Origin: a virus
Strand: one strand, 5' to 3'
IMG/VR virus record: IMGVR_UViG_3300025159_000004
Span: 1 to 50,805 of that record
Length of the DNA: 50,805 nucleotides
A program made the position numbers and the translations under genes. The notes below the pieces were generated by a model. It saw nothing but the letters and a program-made list of their open reading frames with translations, did no database searches and had not been told where the DNA came from. Positions 17,696 to 26,280 of the stretch are shown piece after piece (position 1 is the first letter of the stretch; every line of letters starts with the position of its first letter).

Positions 17696-19269
17696 TAGGG
17701 CCCCGTAGCGACTTCACCTTTATCGAACGTGGTGGCATCGTCGCTCACAGCCGCCTTCTGATCCACCGTCGTCGCGTTGTCAGCGTAGAGCGTATATTGC
17801 GTGGCGGTCTGTGTTACACGATTCCGCCATGCCTTATAGAGATAGTTGAGCTTCGCCGCGAGTGTGGTCGTGGCAGCAGGTGTGCCCTGGCCTGGCTCAG
17901 CATAGGTGTCAGTCGCGACCGCGTCAACCACCTCAGCGTTCACGTCAGCCTTCTCCTGCGTGCTCAGCGCAACGTTGCCAGTCTTCGCGCCGATGTCCGA
18001 GTCCATCCGCCCGCCGACCAGCGCCGCCGGGATGCGTCCGTCGAGCGTCGTGCCGGTATCCACGAGGATCGCCGCCGTATCGACCTTCACGGCCGCGATG
18101 TCCGCGCTCATGTCCGTGCCGGCCGGCGTCCCGAGCTTCGGCTGCATGTCCGCCGTATCAACCAGAATCGCGTCGACATTCGCATCCACGACCGCAAGCG
18201 CCGCGTCCAGGGTCGTCCCCGTGTCCACGAGGATCGCGTCCGTCACCGCCGGCAGATTCGCCGCGTCGAGTTCCGCGAGGCGCGCCTCAGTACAGACGGA
18301 CGCCAACGCCGCGCTGTCGGTGCCACGCATCGCGGTGCCCAGCGGCGCCGTGTCACGGATCGCTTGCAGCGAATCGGTCGTCCGGTCGTACACGGCCGTC
18401 CCGTCGTCCATCATCTGGTCAATGTACGTACCAGCAACAACGGCGGGGATCGCCGTAGCCGTTCCGACAAGATGGTCCAGATTCTGCGCGACTAGCGCGT
18501 CATCGACCTCACTCTGCACCTCGGCATCCCACGCGGCGTTCCACGGGACCGCTGTCAAGCCTGCCCCCGCCACACCGATGTCGTCGGTCTGGGCTTCAAT
18601 AGCTGCGATGTCTGCCGAGATGCTGACACCAGCCGGTGTCCCCAACTTGGGCTGCATATCGGCCGTGTCGGTCAGAATCGCATCCACGTTCGTTGCGAGC
18701 GCGGCCACGTTCGTCGTCACGCCGGCAACATGGGTGAGATCAACCTCCGGGACGCCGGCCACTGTGGGTGTCGCCGGGGCGGTCCCCAGCCACTTCGTCA
18801 CGTCAACGGTCAGCTTGGCGGTCCCGCCCGCATACCCGGTGCCGTCGAAGAAGTCCTCCAGGTTGGTGGAGGCTGTGCTCCCATCGATGAACAGATCATT
18901 CAGAGCTGCTCGGCGGAATCCAATCGTGGGACCACGCCACGGGAGCACGCCCGTCGCCACGCCCGTGAACCACCCGACACCCTCGGTGTTGTTGTTGATG
19001 GAGACGCCACCCGAGGCGGGGATCTCTATGGTGTACATGCCTTTATCGGCGACGGGCTCGGCCCAGTCATAGTTGCCGCCGGTCGTTGGTGTGACGGCGG
19101 TCCCCGTGACGGTACCCGCAGACGTGACGAAGTTCCACGTCAACGCCATCCCAGCCGAGTTATAGACGACAGCCGTCTCAATCGTCTTGAAATCGGTGTC
19201 GTCAATGAGCGGCATAATATTGACTGGCACGACGACTGCCGTGTCAACATCGACCCAGAGATCAGGCAT
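17695..19269 (-). CDS. tail fibre protein with internal repeats (524 aa)
   Basis: The NVDAIL(T/V)DTADMQPKLGTPAG..SADIAA unit occurs twice and DAILVDTGTTLD occurs twice. The protein is Thr/Ala/Val/Asp-rich. Confidence 0.7.
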   Translation of the reverse strand: MPDLWVDVDTAVVVPVNIMPLIDDTDFKTIETAVVYNSAGMALTWNFVTSAGTVTGTAVTPTTGGNYDWAEPVADKGMYTIEIPASGGVSINNNTEGVGWFTGVATGVLPWRGPTIGFRRAALNDLFIDGSTASTNLEDFFDGTGYAGGTAKLTVDVTKWLGTAPATPTVAGVPEVDLTHVAGVTTNVAALATNVDAILTDTADMQPKLGTPAGVSISADIAAIEAQTDDIGVAGAGLTAVPWNAAWDAEVQSEVDDALVAQNLDHLVGTATAIPAVVAGTYIDQMMDDGTAVYDRTTDSLQAIRDTAPLGTAMRGTDSAALASVCTEARLAELDAANLPAVTDAILVDTGTTLDAALAVVDANVDAILVDTADMQPKLGTPAGTDMSADIAAVKVDTAAILVDTGTTLDGRIPAALVGGRMDSDIGAKTGNVALSTQEKADVNAEVVDAVATDTYAEPGQGTPAATTTLAAKLNYLYKAWRNRVTQTATQYTLYADNATTVDQKAAVSDDATTFDKGEVATGP

Positions 19270-19309
19270 CTTAGACTCCCGCCGCCGCCGTCGTAATCAT
19301 GCAGTGCTC

Positions 19310-19978
19310 CTATTGTTGCGCAAAGTAATACCACGGATTGCCCGCTGCCCCGCCCGCCGCCGCGATATCTGTACCGACGACGACCCACGCGACGTTCCAA
19401 ATGGTCCACGTGTGTGTGACCGTGCCGCCGCCAACGTTCTCCGACGCTCCGCCGTCCTGGGCGCCCGCGCCCGTCACGAACCACAGGAGCGTTTGATCGG
19501 TCGTGCCTGTACCCGTCGGAGCCGACATGACGCTCACGGTCGCGCGCCCGCTCGTGCTCGTGATCGAGAGCGCCGCCGACGTGCCCGTGCCCGTCGCCGA
19601 GGTGCTGTTCGGGAACGTCGTGACTCCGCCGGTTTGGTCTACGTTGTAGTAGGACGTGGCGTTGACGATGAGACCGATCGTGTTCGAGTGCGTGATCCGC
19701 AGGGTCTTATTACCCTGTGCCGGGTTGACGAGCCCGTAGAGGGACGCGCGACGATCCCCGGTGTTCGCCTGATCTTTGATCAGCGTGAGGGCCTGGTTAC
19801 TGCCGCCCTGATCCCACGTGACCGTGACGGTGCCTGGATTGCCATCGGCACCCCACGCAATCTCAACGAGCAGCGCGAGATCGGGCTGATTTCCTACGGT
19901 CAGTCCTGTGTAGTCGTTCGGGCCTGCGCCATACGCGAACTCTGCCCGCGTCCCGTTCACGTCGCGAAGTACCGCCAC
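19310..19978 (-). CDS. structural protein (222 aa), GTG start as given by the track
   Basis: Thr/Gly-rich beta-type protein. The reading frame stays open upstream of the GTG back to 20096. Confidence 0.6.
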   Translation of the reverse strand: MAVLRDVNGTRAEFAYGAGPNDYTGLTVGNQPDLALLVEIAWGADGNPGTVTVTWDQGGSNQALTLIKDQANTGDRRASLYGLVNPAQGNKTLRITHSNTIGLIVNATSYYNVDQTGGVTTFPNSTSATGTGTSAALSITSTSGRATVSVMSAPTGTGTTDQTLLWFVTGAGAQDGGASENVGGGTVTHTWTIWNVAWVVVGTDIAAAGGAAGNPWYYFAQQ

Positions 19979-19979
19979 G

Positions 19980-20099
19980 CTACCGCCCCCGTCGAGCTGG
20001 AGCCGGAGATCCGTCGCCGGGAGCGGCGTCCCGGCCGCGAGCGTCGTGCCGCTGGCGGGCGAAGAGCAGGAGCGCGAGGAACACAGACGCCTTCTTCAT
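19980..20099 (-). CDS. mini-ORF (39 aa) encoding a signal-peptide/TM-like segment
   Basis: ATG 20099 has GAGG 6 nt upstream. Sequence: MKKASVFLALLLFA followed by an Arg-rich tail. Confidence 0.35.
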   Translation of the reverse strand: MKKASVFLALLLFARQRHDARGRDAAPGDGSPAPARRGR

Positions 20100-20130
20100 C
20101 AAGAACCTCAAGTCTTTGGTGTACTTTCCC

Positions 20131-20553
20131 TTAGCTCGCATCATCATCCCAGTAATAGACACCCCAGACAATTGTACCAGTACCAGTGATAACGATGTCC
20201 AGGCGATTGCCGGCCGTAGTGGCTAGCAGGAACTCAGGCGGGTTCGTTGGCCCAATCGCTACACCCTCTCGGCTATTGAACGTCCACACAGGCGTGAGTA
20301 TTGAGCCTGCGGCTCCGTCACGTAGTGACGCGGTCATGGTGTCGCTTTGGCTCTGCAACTGATAGGCGAAGACTTTGAGCTTTTTGCTGGCAACAGCCGC
20401 GATGATCTGGTCGGTGGCGGTGTCGCTGCCCACGGCGACTTTGAGCGTCTTACCGGACGCCAGAGTCGCGTCGGCGCTTTCCAGCTTCTGCTCAAGCTCT
20501 GTTAGCAGAGAATTGAGTAGACTGTTTGTACGATCAAACGCCTCGCCCGGCAT
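20131..20553 (-). CDS. hypothetical structural protein (140 aa)
   Basis: ORF coupled to the collagen-like gene by overlapping stop and start. Confidence 0.7.
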   Translation of the reverse strand: MPGEAFDRTNSLLNSLLTELEQKLESADATLASGKTLKVAVGSDTATDQIIAAVASKKLKVFAYQLQSQSDTMTASLRDGAAGSILTPVWTFNSREGVAIGPTNPPEFLLATTAGNRLDIVITGTGTIVWGVYYWDDDAS

Positions 20554-21137
20554 TACCGCACCTTACAAATCAACCGCGGCACGTCACCGCCCACAGCCTG
20601 CTCCCACACACGCCGCCACCAGTCTTCGCCCTTACGCAGCGGGTAGACGTCCCAACCGTCAGGGAGCGGAGCCGCAGATGGCCATAGGAGAATCGCGCCA
20701 ATCGGGGCACTGCCAGTATCTCCCTTGGCGCCTTTCGGTCCCGGGGAGCCCAGCTTACCCTCCGGACCCTGTGGACCCTCAGGACCGATAGTCCCGCGGG
20801 GGCCAACGGGACCAGAGGGGCCAGCAGGCCCGGGCACGCCTTTGTCACCCTTTGGACCTTGGCTCCCAGCAGGGCCACGTGGTCCGTCCGGGCCCGTCTT
20901 ACCAATCGGCCCCGATTCACTACGTGGCCCAACCTCACCACGTTCACCGCGCGCGCCGACAGGGCCTACAGCGCCCCGAGGGCCGGGCGCACCAACGTCC
21001 CCTTTAGGCCCCTGCACGCCAGGCTCGCCCTGTGGGCCACGCGGGCCAGGAACGCCCTGTGAACCCTGCTTGCCGTCCGGGCCAGGCGGGCCGGTCTCTA
21101 CGATACGCTTCTCTTCGTTTCCACTATAGATAGGCAT
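20553..21137 (-). CDS. collagen-like triple-helix-repeat fibre protein (194 aa)
   Basis: About 40 uninterrupted G-X-Y triplets (GPPGPDGKQGSQGVPGPRGPQGEPG...). The start was set to ATG 21137 (TAATG overlap). Confidence 0.8.
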   Translation of the reverse strand: MPIYSGNEEKRIVETGPPGPDGKQGSQGVPGPRGPQGEPGVQGPKGDVGAPGPRGAVGPVGARGERGEVGPRSESGPIGKTGPDGPRGPAGSQGPKGDKGVPGPAGPSGPVGPRGTIGPEGPQGPEGKLGSPGPKGAKGDTGSAPIGAILLWPSAAPLPDGWDVYPLRKGEDWWRRVWEQAVGGDVPRLICKVR

Positions 21138-21976
21138 TAGGCCATTCTCACCTGCACCGTCGCGCGGTTCATGGCGCTCGCGGTGGAGAAGAACACAGAG
21201 AGTCCGTCTGAGAACCGCTCCCATAGGGGCTCGCCACTCCCAGCAAACTCCAGCGTCCCGTTGTCGCCAAGCGCTTCCGTCAGCAGATGGATGTTCCAGA
21301 GCTCGATGGAGGCAGCGATTCCCGCAGTGGTATCCGGTGCCGTTGTGGCACGGACGTTGACCGCATAGTACCCATCAGGGATGTCACCAAGACTCGACGT
21401 GCGACCCCAGTCCCATGGCGTGTTGAAGACGAGCAGTTGCTCGCCAGTCGTGTACTCAGCAGCGCCTGTACCATCGGATGCGTAGAAGTCAGTCGCCGTG
21501 AAGTTGGTCCAACCTGTACCAGCCGAGTCGCTATACCGCACCGCCCGCGTGGGGTTCGTCGCATCCGCGGATGCCGTGGAGACGTTGAGCGTGACACAGT
21601 TGAATCGCTCGCGGCTTGCCACGACGTAGCCATCGTTATTGGTCGTCGTCTCAAGCGGGAAGTCGTCGGTTACCGTGTCCTGCGCGGCGGTGGTGTCGTC
21701 GCTATACTGTGTAGCGCCACCGGTATCGTCCCACTGGCCAGCAATCCAGAGCCGATTGGGCACGCGCCAGCCGATACCAACATTCGCTGCGCCACCGCTC
21801 CGATTGTGGAGGGACGCATAGAGTACCACAATACCCTCTAGCTTGCGATCGTTGCCGTTGTGGTCTTTGAACGTACCCGGAACGTAGAGAAGGTTGGTAT
21901 CCGTCTGATGATACGTGCTGCGGAGTTTTCCTGTGGGTGTGCCTGTGAACGTCTTGTAGATTGGCAGATGAGGCAT
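21137..21976 (-). CDS. structural protein (279 aa)
   Basis: AGGAGA RBS upstream of ATG 21976; lies in the late operon. Confidence 0.75.
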   Translation of the reverse strand: MPHLPIYKTFTGTPTGKLRSTYHQTDTNLLYVPGTFKDHNGNDRKLEGIVVLYASLHNRSGGAANVGIGWRVPNRLWIAGQWDDTGGATQYSDDTTAAQDTVTDDFPLETTTNNDGYVVASRERFNCVTLNVSTASADATNPTRAVRYSDSAGTGWTNFTATDFYASDGTGAAEYTTGEQLLVFNTPWDWGRTSSLGDIPDGYYAVNVRATTAPDTTAGIAASIELWNIHLLTEALGDNGTLEFAGSGEPLWERFSDGLSVFFSTASAMNRATVQVRMA

Positions 21977-22017
21977 GATGTCTCCTGGGGAGTAGACCCC
22001 ACGATTGTGGTACGTGA

Positions 22018-22053
22018 TGGCTCCCGGTGATGGACTCGAACCACCACCGGGAG
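22018..22053 (-). ncRNA. tRNA-like acceptor/T-arm minihelix ending in CCA (no D or anticodon arm)
   Basis: The minus strand reads CTCCCGGTGGTGG-TTCGAGT-CCATCACCGGGAG-CCA. This is a 13-bp stem with a T-loop-consensus 7-nt loop and a 3' CCA. Confidence 0.55.
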
Positions 22054-22063
22054 CTAGTTGTTC

Positions 22064-22702
22064 TTACAGACCTTCCTGTGTTGCGTGCAGCTGGACGCCC
22101 AGCGGATAGGCGTTCAAGAGCCGCCGCCCGCCAAGGATGTTCTTACGCGGACCAGCAGTCCTGCGCGGCGTATAGCGGATCTCCAGCCCGAGGAAGCTCA
22201 CTTCATCGGCTGAGAAGGTGCCAATAGCGTCAGCCTCCACGACCAGCCCAACCATCGCGCAATCGGTATCGAGCGTGTTACGGTTGAGTATCCCAAAGCC
22301 CGTAGCCTGGAGTGCCAGCGCATCGTCACTGGAAGCGTCCGTGCCAATGACAGTATTGAGCCCCGTGCCGGTGCCACCAGCGACGTCCGTCAGCGCCTCG
22401 TCTTCCGCAAACTGCGTGTAGGTGACCAGCCACGTCATGATGTCGGTTGTGACACCCTGCGTCTGCGTCCACCACACGCGGAAGCGGATCTGCTTACTGC
22501 GATCAACATCTGATGGCATCCAGATGGTTGCCCAGCTGTCGCCTGCCGCATTCACCTGGCCACCCGTGAGACCAAACGTGCTGATCTCCTGGAAGACCGG
22601 GTCACCGGCTGCGACGCCCGCTCCTGTGACATATGTCTGGAACGCCTGAGCAGGGATGAACTCCCGGTGCTCAAGCCAATCGACGTTAAAATCCCTAATC
22701 AA
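22064..22702 (-). CDS. structural protein (212 aa), TTG start
   Basis: AAGGAGA lies 5 nt upstream of TTG 22702. Confidence 0.7.
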   Translation of the reverse strand: MIRDFNVDWLEHREFIPAQAFQTYVTGAGVAAGDPVFQEISTFGLTGGQVNAAGDSWATIWMPSDVDRSKQIRFRVWWTQTQGVTTDIMTWLVTYTQFAEDEALTDVAGGTGTGLNTVIGTDASSDDALALQATGFGILNRNTLDTDCAMVGLVVEADAIGTFSADEVSFLGLEIRYTPRRTAGPRKNILGGRRLLNAYPLGVQLHATQEGL

Positions 22703-22751
22703 ATCCGTCTCCTTGGCCCACTATATGCTACGGGTGGGCTTCTGTTTATGA

Positions 22752-22827
22752 TGGAGCCCCGCCGTGGAGTCGAACCACGACCTGGTCGGTTACAAACCGT
22801 CCGCTCTGCCTGTTAAGCTAACGGGGC
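22752..22827 (-). tRNA. trnT: tRNA-Thr (anticodon UGU), CCA encoded
   Basis: A hand-folded 76-nt cloverleaf: acceptor GCCCCGT/GCGGGGC, D arm GCTT/GAGC, anticodon loop TTTGTAA, T arm CGTGG-TTCGACT-CCACG. There is one A-A mismatch in the anticodon stem. Confidence 0.85.
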
Positions 22828-22837
22828 TCTAGCCAGA

Positions 22838-23341
22838 TTACTCTGCGTACACTACGAGGACACGCACGCCGCTGGCATCACCAAGGGTCGTCCCCTCGAT
22901 GTCACCGTCAGCGCCGTTGTCCACAACCGACCAGTACAGCGCGGCCATGGGGATCGGCTCAGGAAAGACAACCGCTGTAGCCCTCGCGGTCGCTGCCGTG
23001 TTGGCCGCGTCCACGTTAATCATCGCCACGTAGCGGGTGGTCCCCTCGGTCACCGCCGCCTCATAGAAGAGGACTGCGGCATCCTCAACCTGCGCCGCGA
23101 GCGACTGCGCGATGACCGCGATCAGCTTGACCGCAGTCGTCTCCAACGTCACGGCGTTCGTGCCGTCGAAGAGACGCGGGGGCATCACGCGGATGTTTGC
23201 CTCCGTCAGATCAGCCCGAGACGCGATGCGCTCGACCATCTCAGGCACCAGGGACAGGCCCTGGTTGTTAGGCGCCCCAAACCCGCTGGCGATAAAGCCT
23301 TGCAGCTGGTTGAGAGAAGCCCCAAGGTTTCCGATAGCCAT
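22838..23341 (-). CDS. head-associated structural protein (167 aa)
   Basis: ORF two genes downstream of the major capsid gene. Confidence 0.7.
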   Translation of the reverse strand: MAIGNLGASLNQLQGFIASGFGAPNNQGLSLVPEMVERIASRADLTEANIRVMPPRLFDGTNAVTLETTAVKLIAVIAQSLAAQVEDAAVLFYEAAVTEGTTRYVAMINVDAANTAATARATAVVFPEPIPMAALYWSVVDNGADGDIEGTTLGDASGVRVLVVYAE

Positions 23342-23343
23342 TG

Positions 23344-23760
23344 TTATAGCCTTTCAAAGGAGCCTTGAAGGGCTCCATCTGCGTTTGGCGCGGGCGTCGA
23401 AACTCCAATTGGGTCATGCCGCCGCACGCGATTATTGTTCCGGATGCGCTGAAGCTCCATCTTCTGCTCAGGCAATCCAGAGCGGTCGATGAGTTCCACG
23501 CGCTGTGTCTCTTCTACGGGGATAGGGTCTTCGGGAGCGCCAAGCTCGGCGCACCCTAGCTTGTACGCGGTCTCCAACGTCACCGGGTCCACGCGATACA
23601 TTGAGCCGTGGATAAGGATACGCGCGACTCCCAAGGGAAGATCGAGCGTATCCCGCACCACGATAGCTTCGCCGTCTACGACCCCTTCGTAGGGGATCAG
23701 ACTGCCATCCACGCCACGGACACGGTTAATCACTTTCACCAGTGGTCCCAAGCCGTGCAT
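23344..23760 (-). CDS. head-associated protein (138 aa)
   Basis: ORF immediately downstream of the major capsid gene. Confidence 0.7.
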   Translation of the reverse strand: MHGLGPLVKVINRVRGVDGSLIPYEGVVDGEAIVVRDTLDLPLGVARILIHGSMYRVDPVTLETAYKLGCAELGAPEDPIPVEETQRVELIDRSGLPEQKMELQRIRNNNRVRRHDPIGVSTPAPNADGALQGSFERL

Positions 23761-23769
23761 GTTAACTCC

Positions 23770-25062
23770 TTACTCAACGTGAATGTTATTGACCGTCACA
23801 TCGATACCATCCCACCGGATGCACTTGTTGGGTGCATCGAGGAAGAAGTTATCGACGAGATAGAACAGCCCGGTGGCCGTATGCGTCGCGGCGGCTGGAA
23901 GCAGCACGGAGCCACCCCAGTCTTCGAACTTCCCGGGCACCACGGAATACCGGACAAGCGTCGAAGGGTCGATGCCCATCAGCATCCCATAGGGGAAGTT
24001 GTAGTCCACCTTGATCGGCATGGTCGACCACGTGATCGTCTGACCGTACTTGCCCATCTTCGACCCAGCATCGGGGTTGACGGAGCCACTACCATCGTAG
24101 CGGACGTCGCCCTCGCGGAGGGCCAGAAGCTGGCGCCGCACAGCCTGCTCGCACAGGAAATACTGGATATGCCCGCGCCCGCGAGCATACGCCACGTCGA
24201 TTCCCTGTTGGAGGATGTCACTTGACAGCGCGCCCACGCTTGCGAACACGTAGGACTTGAGCGCATCCCAGGTCGTCCGGTTCAGACCGAAGTAGTCCGA
24301 CACATACGTGCCGTCGTCGATCATCCCCAAAAGACCCATAGGCGCCTGATACCACGACGTATCTGCGACATCCGTCACCGTGAGCGAATGTGCGCGAACG
24401 AGGACGTCGTTGTCAGCAAGCGTCGGGTTGGACGCCCACGTGACGGTGATGTTGTTATAGTTGCTCGACGGAGCGACGGCTGCTACTGTTCCGACTGAGT
24501 TGGTCACGATAGCGCCAGTATTGATGGCCGCGATGATCTGGCCAACTTGGAAGAAGCGTGAACCGTTGCTCACGCCCGTAGGCATGGCCACCCCGCCAGG
24601 GGTGTCCACCCCAAGCACGCCAGCCGTATCGTCACCCGTGGCCCACCCCAGGACGTCTGCGCCATAATGGCACATGGCCTTGTTGCGGATGTCCACGAGA
24701 TTCTCGACAAGGTGATCCATGATGAAGCTCAGCGTCCGCACGAAACTTCCGCGGTTGGTCTGAGCCTGGTCAATGGCTTCCTTGGTGATCTGGAAACGCG
24801 CTGCCGACTTGCGGAACGGGATCGTGAAGAACCCGCTCTGCTCGGCGCTCGGGGTGGGAAGCTGACGCCCCTCACCCACGAACCCGATACCGGCGTGGTC
24901 ACGGCGCAGATGCGCCGGAAGAATAACGCGCCGCCCGTCCGCCGAAGACGTATCGCCGTCGGTAAACAGGTCAAGCGCTACAGACTCTGTGTGAACGAGT
25001 TCGACGATGTAATCCTCGTACTCGTCCTTCAACAGAGGGTTAACGGCGCTGAGGTCCATCAT
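23770..25062 (-). CDS. major capsid protein, HK97-fold type (430 aa)
   Basis: Its size, its position after the scaffold and portal genes, and its sequence character fit the phage_capsid family. This was not verified by search. Confidence 0.75.
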   Translation of the reverse strand: MMDLSAVNPLLKDEYEDYIVELVHTESVALDLFTDGDTSSADGRRVILPAHLRRDHAGIGFVGEGRQLPTPSAEQSGFFTIPFRKSAARFQITKEAIDQAQTNRGSFVRTLSFIMDHLVENLVDIRNKAMCHYGADVLGWATGDDTAGVLGVDTPGGVAMPTGVSNGSRFFQVGQIIAAINTGAIVTNSVGTVAAVAPSSNYNNITVTWASNPTLADNDVLVRAHSLTVTDVADTSWYQAPMGLLGMIDDGTYVSDYFGLNRTTWDALKSYVFASVGALSSDILQQGIDVAYARGRGHIQYFLCEQAVRRQLLALREGDVRYDGSGSVNPDAGSKMGKYGQTITWSTMPIKVDYNFPYGMLMGIDPSTLVRYSVVPGKFEDWGGSVLLPAAATHTATGLFYLVDNFFLDAPNKCIRWDGIDVTVNNIHVE

Positions 25063-25077
25063 TGGGAAACTATCTCC

Positions 25078-25959
25078 TTACTCTTCACCCTGCTGGGCGG
25101 CTTTGTCAAGCCACCGTCCAACTGCCTGCTTATGGAAGGCAGCCTTGCCAGCGGGGGTCGAGAGGTCTCTCTTGGGTTTATCCTCGCCAGTCCCTGGGGC
25201 GCCGCCTGACGGTGCAGCTTTCGGGAGCGCCAGAGCGCCCGTACGACTCTGCTTCTCGCGTAGGCGAATCGCTACATGGGGCTTGACGAGACGTGTGAAA
25301 ATCTCATCCACGACCTCGATGTTTCCGCTGATGAACGCTTTCCGCAACTCCGCGTTTGCATTGATCATCGTTGTCATCGTCTGCTCGAATGGAAATATCA
25401 GCGCCGACATTTCATCGGTATTTGCAGCCTTGAAGCCGGCCTTCTTCGCGAGGGTAAGCACCCTCTCGTGCGCCCGTTCGTTCAGGCCAATCAAGTGGTT
25501 CGCCATGAGCGCAGACTGCGAACCAGCGACCTGGTCGATCCAGTCTGGATTCTCTTCCAGCAGATCGAGCATCTTTGCGAGGCCAGGCGCCGACGCCTTG
25601 GCCACGCGCTTGAGGTCACCATAGACCTCACGCATTACCTTTGGGTCACCCGCCGGAGCATCGTCACCCTTGAGGGCGGCAACGAGCCGATCGACAAGCT
25701 GCATCTTCTTGGTCATTCCCTCGAATGACTCAGGGAGCTTGGCCAGTTTGGCCTCAAGCTCGGCAACCTTGGCCTGGAGAGCAGCCGTGTTGGGATCGCC
25801 CGTCTTGTCGTCCGTAACAGGCTTCTTCTCTTCTACGACAATAGGCGTTCCGTCGGGGTTTAGCCCATACGCGGCCCACGGGTTGACGTCTGCACCAGTG
25901 CCAGCACCGGCACGCGCTTCATCTTGTGGAGTACCTTGACCAATCACCTGATCTGGCAT
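25078..25959 (-). CDS. scaffolding protein (293 aa)
   Basis: Acidic/Lys/Ala-rich helical protein directly upstream of the capsid gene. Confidence 0.6.
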   Translation of the reverse strand: MPDQVIGQGTPQDEARAGAGTGADVNPWAAYGLNPDGTPIVVEEKKPVTDDKTGDPNTAALQAKVAELEAKLAKLPESFEGMTKKMQLVDRLVAALKGDDAPAGDPKVMREVYGDLKRVAKASAPGLAKMLDLLEENPDWIDQVAGSQSALMANHLIGLNERAHERVLTLAKKAGFKAANTDEMSALIFPFEQTMTTMINANAELRKAFISGNIEVVDEIFTRLVKPHVAIRLREKQSRTGALALPKAAPSGGAPGTGEDKPKRDLSTPAGKAAFHKQAVGRWLDKAAQQGEE

Positions 25960-25971
25960 TGTCGTCCTCTC

Positions 25972-26106
25972 TTACCGATGCTTATACTTGGTAGCGCCCG
26001 TTGCCGCTGACTTCACGCTTGCAGGGCTGGACGCCTTCTGCATTGCAGCATGCGCCCCACAATCCGAACCCTTTGCGCCTGCCGGCTTGCCCATGACCTT
26101 TGCCAT
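25972..26106 (-). CDS. tiny basic protein (44 aa)
   Basis: The start was set to ATG 26106, which has AAGGAGA upstream. Sequence: MAKVMGKPAGAKGS...KYKHR. Confidence 0.5.
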   Translation of the reverse strand: MAKVMGKPAGAKGSDCGAHAAMQKASSPASVKSAATGATKYKHR

Positions 26107-26116
26107 TGCTGTCTCC

Positions 26117-26278
26117 TTACCCGACGGACATGCCGCCGGCCTTTCTCTTGTTCTTCGTAGCATAGAAGACACTCTCAGCCTTCTTCTCAGACTTGTAGGT
26201 CTTCTTCATTGAACGCTTCACCTTTGCCGCTGAACCCTTCTTCCCGCCAAAGAACTTATCATACTTGCCGACGGGCAT
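26117..26278 (-). CDS. tiny basic protein (53 aa)
   Basis: Below the ORF-track cutoff. Hand translation: MPVGKYDKFFGGKKGSAAKVKRSMKKTYKSEKKAESVFYATKNKRKAGG... Confidence 0.55.
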   Translation of the reverse strand: MPVGKYDKFFGGKKGSAAKVKRSMKKTYKSEKKAESVFYATKNKRKAGGMSVG

Positions 26279-26280
26279 GA

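Noticed and set aside
18082-18690. Fibre repeats as template/variable repeats of a diversity-generating retroelement
   Set aside because: No reverse transcriptase or Avd-like gene is present. Differences between the copies are not adenine-specific as far as can be seen.
15806-20134. Many long ORFs overlapping the fibre/spike genes on both strands (e.g. 16181-16849, 16869-17738, 17620-18495, 17906-19072, 19187-20134)
   Set aside because: The region is about two-thirds G+C, so stop codons are rare in every frame. The translations are Arg/Pro/Ala-rich low-complexity strings. They lack RBSs and break the tightly coupled minus-strand operon.
20725-21129. Plus-strand Gly/Pro-rich ORF opposite the collagen-like gene
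   Set aside because: It is a mirror artefact: GGN-CCN periodicity reads as Gly/Pro on both strands. Only the minus-strand frame is coupled to neighbouring genes and has perfect G-X-Y periodicity.
22018-22827. tRNA-derived sequences as an attP site of a temperate phage
   Set aside because: No integrase, recombinase, excisionase or CI-like repressor was recognised anywhere. The minihelix contains both acceptor strands, unlike a simple 3'-tRNA attP core.
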